Assembly (NCBI GenBank): GCA_040767195.1
Contig: JAXGPA010000005.1
Location: 64,001-128,000, forward strand
Origin: Syntrophales bacterium
GTDB taxonomy: Bacteria > Desulfobacterota > Syntrophia > Syntrophales > UBA6807
Reading direction: 5' to 3'
Length of the DNA stretch: 64,000 nucleotides
Below the pieces are notes generated by a model that saw only the letters and a list, made by a program, of their open reading frames with translations, was not told the origin of the DNA and made no database searches. Both the position numbers and the translations under genes were made by a program. Shown one piece after another: positions 59,785 through 64,000 of the stretch (positions within the stretch are counted from its first letter, which is position 1; each line of letters starts with the position of its first letter).

Positions 59785-61296
59785 TCATTTCCCGTTCTGG
59801 TAGGGGTCCCAGTCGTAACCCCAGAGCATGCTGTTGGAAGGGGTCTTGTAGTCCCGTCTCTTGTCATAGGACGGGTACTTTCGGGTGACGCCCTCCTTGA
59901 CCTGCATGGAAACGGGGAACTTGGGCGGCAGGAGGCCGTGCTCGCGGGCTTCTCTTTCCAGCCATTCCCTGTCGTCGGGGTGGGCGATGGAAATGAGGGA
60001 CGCCGCCCTCTCGTAGCCGTTCAGGCCCCGGAGGTTGACGATGCCGTACTCGGTGCAGATGTAATTCGAGAGCTGGGCCGGGACATCGACGGTACTTCCC
60101 TCGGGCATGAAGGGCACGATCCGGGACGTGCCGTGCTTGCTTCTCGACGTCATGGAGGCGACGCCCCGCCCGCCCCGGGCCTGGGCGCAGAAGGAAACGA
60201 ACTGGAAATAACCGCCGGAACTCGAGATGGGCCGCTTCTCGTAGAAACCGCTGCACTGCTGGCCGAGGAGGTCCACGGCGACGCAGTTGTCAATGGCGAT
60301 CATGTTGTCGATCCGGGTGAGGTTGTGTAGATTGTTGGTGTAGTCGATGTCGTAACAGGCCATGTTCTGGTTCCGGTGAATCGTGTCGTAATACCACTGC
60401 ACGTCCACGGGGAAGGCGAAGGTCCAGACGCTCCGGCCCCTGTCGAGGGTCTTGTACCGGTTGGTCACCTGGCCCGATTCGATGAGCTTGATGAGCCCGT
60501 AGTTGAGCATCTCCGTGTGGATGCCCAGGTCCTTCAGACCGGCGTCGGCCATGGCGGCGACGCAGGCCGAGGGCAGGGAGCCGATGCCGAGCTGGACCAC
60601 GTCCCGGTCCCGCATGATGCTGAGGACGTGCTCGGCGATCTTCTTCTCGTCGGGCTTGGGCTGGATGGCCTTTTCGTTGATCTGCGGCCACTTGTACTTC
60701 TCCACGTCCACCTCGACCCAGTAATCCACGTCGTCGATGCCGATGGTGTTGAACCGGCCGCCCTCCGCCCACGGGTAGTCGGAGCGGACCTCGACGACGC
60801 ACTTCTTCGCCGTCTGGCGGAATATGTTGCAGTTGTTGGTGCCGTAAGACCAGTTGAAAAAGCCGTGCTCGTCCGGCGGCGTCGCCGCGTTGAACCACCA
60901 GTCGATGCCCCGGTCTTCCGGGGCTCCCGCGAAACGGTAGTGATGCCACCACATGCCCATGGTCCATCCCCACTGGGCCCAGCTGGTGACGTTGTTCGTG
61001 TCCCGCGCCCTCCGGCTCCAGGGGAAAAAGAAGAACTCGTGGAAGCAGTGATACTGCTGCAGGGGATCCACCTGCTGGAATTCCGGGTGGGGGTAAAACA
61101 TGGCGTAGTTCCATATTTCGATGTCCTTGAGCTGGCCGGGGCCGGGGCCGATTCTGGTGGCGAGTTCGCTCATGCACTCGGTGGAATCGCCGCCGACGCT
61201 GCCCGAGTTGATCCAGTCCCCGGACTGGACCATGTCGAGGATCTGCTTGGCCGTCCTCTTTTTATCGCGGATTTTCTGTTGTATCGGTGTCGTCAT
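59785..61296 (-). CDS. Acetyl-CoA hydrolase/transferase family CoA-transferase (butyryl-/4-hydroxybutyryl-CoA:acetate type)
   Basis: QLGIGSLP, LGIHTEM (catalytic Glu), VDLLGQ, SRIVP, TEYG.VNL.G, IAHPDDRE; GGGAGG RBS before MTTPIQQ. Confidence 0.9.
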   Translation of the reverse strand: MTTPIQQKIRDKKRTAKQILDMVQSGDWINSGSVGGDSTECMSELATRIGPGPGQLKDIEIWNYAMFYPHPEFQQVDPLQQYHCFHEFFFFPWSRRARDTNNVTSWAQWGWTMGMWWHHYRFAGAPEDRGIDWWFNAATPPDEHGFFNWSYGTNNCNIFRQTAKKCVVEVRSDYPWAEGGRFNTIGIDDVDYWVEVDVEKYKWPQINEKAIQPKPDEKKIAEHVLSIMRDRDVVQLGIGSLPSACVAAMADAGLKDLGIHTEMLNYGLIKLIESGQVTNRYKTLDRGRSVWTFAFPVDVQWYYDTIHRNQNMACYDIDYTNNLHNLTRIDNMIAIDNCVAVDLLGQQCSGFYEKRPISSSGGYFQFVSFCAQARGGRGVASMTSRSKHGTSRIVPFMPEGSTVDVPAQLSNYICTEYGIVNLRGLNGYERAASLISIAHPDDREWLEREAREHGLLPPKFPVSMQVKEGVTRKYPSYDKRRDYKTPSNSMLWGYDWDPYQNGK

Positions 61297-61610
61297 TGAC
61301 TCCCTCCCTTGCAATTGGAATCTTTTCCGCCCCGTTGAGGGGCCTGCCGGATGTGTGGGTAAAAAAAAGTACAGGCAAGAGGCCTGCCCTTGAAACATCA
61401 ACTGTCTGTCCCGTAATCCGTCTGAAAAACATTGTCAAGGAAAAAAGGAAAAATGACCGTTCAAATCGCCTTTGACACACAACATGTTGTATGACCCTCC
61501 GGCTCGAGCACATTTTGTTGTGTTTTTCCTTTACAACTAACGGTTTTTCCACTATAGGTATTTTCACGGACGGCGTTGTCGCGCGGGCCGGTCAGCGGGG
61601 GGCAGTGACC

Positions 61611-64000
61611 ATGATCATCAAAAAACTTGAAATAACGGGGTTCAAATCCTTCAGGGAGAAGACGGTCTTTCACTTCTCCCCGGGTGTGAGCGCCGTCGTC
61701 GGCCCGAACGGCTGCGGCAAGAGCAACGTGGTGGATGCCATTCGATGGGCCATGGGGGAACAGCGGGTCCGGTCCCTCCGGGGCAAGCGGATGGAAGACG
61801 TGATTTTCAACGGCAGCGAAAGCGCGCCGGCGGCGGGAATGGCCGAGGTGTCCCTCCTCCTCGAAGCGAACGGGAGCACCTTTTCCGGGACGTTCGGCGC
61901 CTTTCCCGAAATCACGGTGACCCGGCGGATCTACCGGAACGAGGAAAGCGAGTACCTCATCAATCAGGTTCCCTGCCGGCTCATGGACATACGCGAGTTC
62001 TTCATGGATTCAGGCGTCGGCGTGAGGACTTACTCCATCGTGGAGCAGGAAAGCATTTCGCGGCTTGTCGAGGCGAAGCCGGAGGACATCCGGGAATTCA
62101 TCGAAGAAGCGGCGGGGATCGTCAAGTACAAGAGCCGGCGAGAGGCGGCCACCCGGAAGCTGGAGGCCACCGCCCAGAACATGGCCCGGTTGAAGGACAT
62201 TCTTGCCGAAGTCAGAACCCGGCTCGACCAGGTCGTGAAACAGGTGAAAAGGGTCGAGGAATATCGGAGGCTCCGGGAAAAAGTGAAAGCCGGGGACATG
62301 ACCCTCGCCTGCCAGGCCTTTTCCAGGATCCTGGAGAGGAAGAACCTTCTTCTCCGCCGGAAGGAGGACGTCACCGACGGGCTCTGCGCCCTGAAGAGCG
62401 GCCTCGGCGCCCGGGAGGCCGCCCTGGAAGAGGGCCGCCGGGAACTCCTGGAAATGGAGGAAGGCCTGTTCCGGCTCCAGGAAAGCGTTTTCCGGTTGAC
62501 AAACGAGATACGGACCCGGGAACAGCGCATCGAGTTCTCCACCGGAAAAATACGGGACCTGGAAGAGAGAAAAGGGAAAGGGGAGCATTCCCTGGCGGAT
62601 CTCGAGAACCGCAGGGATGAGACGGTGGAGGAGGTCCGCCAGGGCCGGGAGCTTCTCTCGCAGCTCGAGGGAACCATCGCGGAGAAAAAAGCGGAACTCC
62701 TGGAAACCCAGGAGAGCATCGCCGACCTGTGCAGCCGGGATGAGGCGGCGGCGGCGGAACAAGAGCAGGTCAAAACCCGTCATTTCGAGAAAATGGCGGA
62801 GGTGGGGCGGCTCAAAAACGGCCTGCAGAACCTGGCGCGGGCCCTCGAGGACCTGGAAAGCCGGCGGGCCCGGGAGACCCGGGAGTTCGAAGAGCTGGAA
62901 AGGCGGCTGTCGGAAGTCTGGGAACAGTCCTGCCTTTGGACCGCTGACCTGGAACAGGGGCAGGGGGCTCTCGATGACCTTCGGAAAGAGATGGAGTCGG
63001 CCGGGGAGAATCTGGGGTGTCAAAAGCGGGCCCTGGAGAAGCAGAGTGAAGAACTGGCGGCCCTCAAGGGGGAACTGGCGGAAAAGAAATCGCGGCACGA
63101 CTCCCTCCAGGAACTCTGGCAGACATACGAGTGGTGTGGTGAGGGGACCCGGTCGGTCATGGCGGCGAGAAGGAAGGGACGTCTCCCCGCTGAAGGCATC
63201 TTGGGTGTCCTGGCGGACCACCTCGAGGTTTCAAGGGACTATGAACCGGCCCTGGAAGCGGTCCTGGGGGAACGCCTCCAGCACATTCTCGTGAAAGACC
63301 ATGAAGAGGGTGTCCGGGCCATCGATTACCTGAAGGCGACTGTTTCGGGAAGGGGAAATTTCGTGCCCCTGGAGCTCGGGCACAGCCGGAAAGGCCGGGA
63401 TAGCGGCCAGCTGCCCCGGGGGAGCGTCAGGCTCAGGGCCTTCGTCCAGGCGAAGGAGCCTTTCGACAGGCTCCTGGACGTCCTCCTGGACGATGTCCTC
63501 GTCGTTCCTGACCTTTTCACCGCCGTCAGTCAGTGGAAAAGAAATGGTTTTACGGGAACCCTCGTCACGCCTGACGGGGACATGGTCGACCGGGACGGGA
63601 TTCTCGCGGGGGGAACGAGAGGCAACGGGAAAGACGGCCACCTGAAGAATAAAAGGGAAATGGCCGAGCTTGCCGAAGCCGTCGCGGCCCTCCAGGCGCT
63701 CGTGGAAAAAAAGTTGAAGGACAGGGAGGCGCTTCAGGAGGCCATCGGGACATCGGAGAAAGCCCTGTCGCGGACAAGGGCGGAAATGGGCCGGCTCGAG
63801 CTGGCCGTTCAGGGCAAGAAGAAAGACATCGAGCGGCTCGACGGCGAAAGGAAATGGCTGGAAAAGAGGTTCAACGTTCTGCGCTTCAACAGGGAGAGCC
63901 TCGACTCGGAAAAGTCCTCGGCGGAAAAGAAAGTCCTCGATTACCGGGAGAGGCTGGCAGGCCTGGAGGCGGAAGCGCGGGCGCTTGAGGAGGAATTGAA
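61611..64000 (+). CDS. smc: Chromosome segregation protein SMC (3' truncated by the window)
   Basis: Manual translation: MIIKKLEITGFKSF...VVGPNGCGKSNVVDAIRWAMGEQ...EDVIFNGS, EEAAGI, coiled coil and hinge (G..G.LAD, VTPDGD). Confidence 0.96.
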   Translation, partial: MIIKKLEITGFKSFREKTVFHFSPGVSAVVGPNGCGKSNVVDAIRWAMGEQRVRSLRGKRMEDVIFNGSESAPAAGMAEVSLLLEANGSTFSGTFGAFPEITVTRRIYRNEESEYLINQVPCRLMDIREFFMDSGVGVRTYSIVEQESISRLVEAKPEDIREFIEEAAGIVKYKSRREAATRKLEATAQNMARLKDILAEVRTRLDQVVKQVKRVEEYRRLREKVKAGDMTLACQAFSRILERKNLLLRRKEDVTDGLCALKSGLGAREAALEEGRRELLEMEEGLFRLQESVFRLTNEIRTREQRIEFSTGKIRDLEERKGKGEHSLADLENRRDETVEEVRQGRELLSQLEGTIAEKKAELLETQESIADLCSRDEAAAAEQEQVKTRHFEKMAEVGRLKNGLQNLARALEDLESRRARETREFEELERRLSEVWEQSCLWTADLEQGQGALDDLRKEMESAGENLGCQKRALEKQSEELAALKGELAEKKSRHDSLQELWQTYEWCGEGTRSVMAARRKGRLPAEGILGVLADHLEVSRDYEPALEAVLGERLQHILVKDHEEGVRAIDYLKATVSGRGNFVPLELGHSRKGRDSGQLPRGSVRLRAFVQAKEPFDRLLDVLLDDVLVVPDLFTAVSQWKRNGFTGTLVTPDGDMVDRDGILAGGTRGNGKDGHLKNKREMAELAEAVAALQALVEKKLKDREALQEAIGTSEKALSRTRAEMGRLELAVQGKKKDIERLDGERKWLEKRFNVLRFNRESLDSEKSSAEKKVLDYRERLAGLEAEARALEEEL

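Overview
GC-rich chromosomal window, most consistent with an anaerobic Desulfobacterota (Syntrophales-like) bacterium; the taxonomy is inferred from gene content only. It runs from a 3'-truncated typA to a 3'-truncated smc and holds about 55 genes. I saw no rRNA, tRNA, CRISPR array or mobile element. Housekeeping genes: galE, znuABC/zur, pcm, purC, dnaJ, carB, purF, moaA. Accessory modules: a Tat-exported sulfatase with its radical SAM maturase; a LysR-ptb-ptb-buk-acyl-CoA dehydrogenase operon; a DUF2760 + two atypical Hsp70 operon; a DUF362 + polyferredoxin pair; tandem SatP acetate channels beside a CoA-transferase. Most notable: (1) a circularly permuted cofactor-independent phosphoglycerate mutase with its catalytic and metal residues intact; (2) the uncharacterised GrpE-like/Hsp70/Hsp70 module; (3) a HesB-like selenoprotein (in-frame UGA plus SECIS-like hairpin) only partly captured by the ORF track; (4) an orphan peptide with a lasso-type leader next to a formyltransferase; (5) several enzymes with lost motifs (two complementary Ptb paralogs, PurF lacking glutamine-site residues beside a carA-less carB, a His-less B12 domain). 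All calls come from motif recognition by eye; no searches were run.
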